Source: Squalus acanthias (Eukaryota). From it: a DNA stretch of 64,000 nucleotides. Both the position numbers and the translations under genes were made by a program. The stretch spans positions 29,700,001-29,764,000 of the forward strand of contig CM059432.1 of the NCBI GenBank assembly GCA_030390025.1, in the 5' to 3' direction. The notes below the pieces were generated by a model. The model saw only the letters and a list, made by a program, of their open reading frames with translations. It ran no database searches and was not told where the DNA came from. Below, piece by piece: positions 63,650 to 64,000 of this stretch (its first letter is position 1; the number at the start of each line of letters is the position of its first letter).

Positions 63650-63930
63650 GCAGACCAGTGTGGTGGGAGGAAGGTGGTGGGCAAGTCAGAGGACCTTCGA
63701 GTGGGGCTGCTCCTGGGCCTCATTAAGGCAGCAATTCACAGGTCCAGGATGGACATGGCCCAAGGTAGGGGGGGAGGAGGGGGTCGCTCTGGCTGCCTGC
63801 CCCTCTTCTGCGGACTTGTCCACGCCTGGGTGGCCCTGGAGAAGGAGCACGCGGTGTCCACTGGTACGCTTCAGGCCTTCCACGACCGGTTGGCACCACA
63901 GAGAATAAAGTGTCTGAGAGACACAGGAAA
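63650..63930 (+). mobile_element. L1/Tx1-like LINE ORF2 C-terminal fragment
   Basis: LLLGLIKAAIHRSR...LEKEHAVSTGTLQAF resembles Tx1-type ORF2 C-termini. Confidence 0.55.
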
Positions 63931-64000
63931 TAACAATTAGCCCAGATTTTGCAGTCGGTATTCTGAGAGTACGCCATCATACCACCTTTGAAATGAACAA

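Overview
Eukaryotic, repeat-dominated intergenic or intronic DNA, most likely from a cartilaginous fish. This is inferred from HE1/V-SINE-like and SacSINE1/Deu-like SINEs and dense CR1, L2 and RTE LINE debris. I cannot identify any host protein-coding gene; only weak candidate exons are present. The main structures are: (1) five PIF/Harbinger-type DNA transposons carrying a convergent transposase plus Myb/SANT gene pair, one with a near-complete DDE transposase (39685-40925) and four that keep Myb exons but have lost the DDE core; (2) Penelope-like insertions with minimal hammerhead ribozyme motifs, including a perfect 197-bp inverted repeat with two antisense hammerheads and a 13-bp TSD inside a young CR1; (3) a Buster-type hAT nested in a Harbinger nested in a CR1; (4) smaller oddities: a telomeric-repeat insertion in an L2, a pre-miRNA-like hairpin, a 109-bp direct repeat and an LF-SINE-like relic. 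Family names come from recalled consensus features, not database searches. Boundaries without a stated TIR/TSD are approximate.
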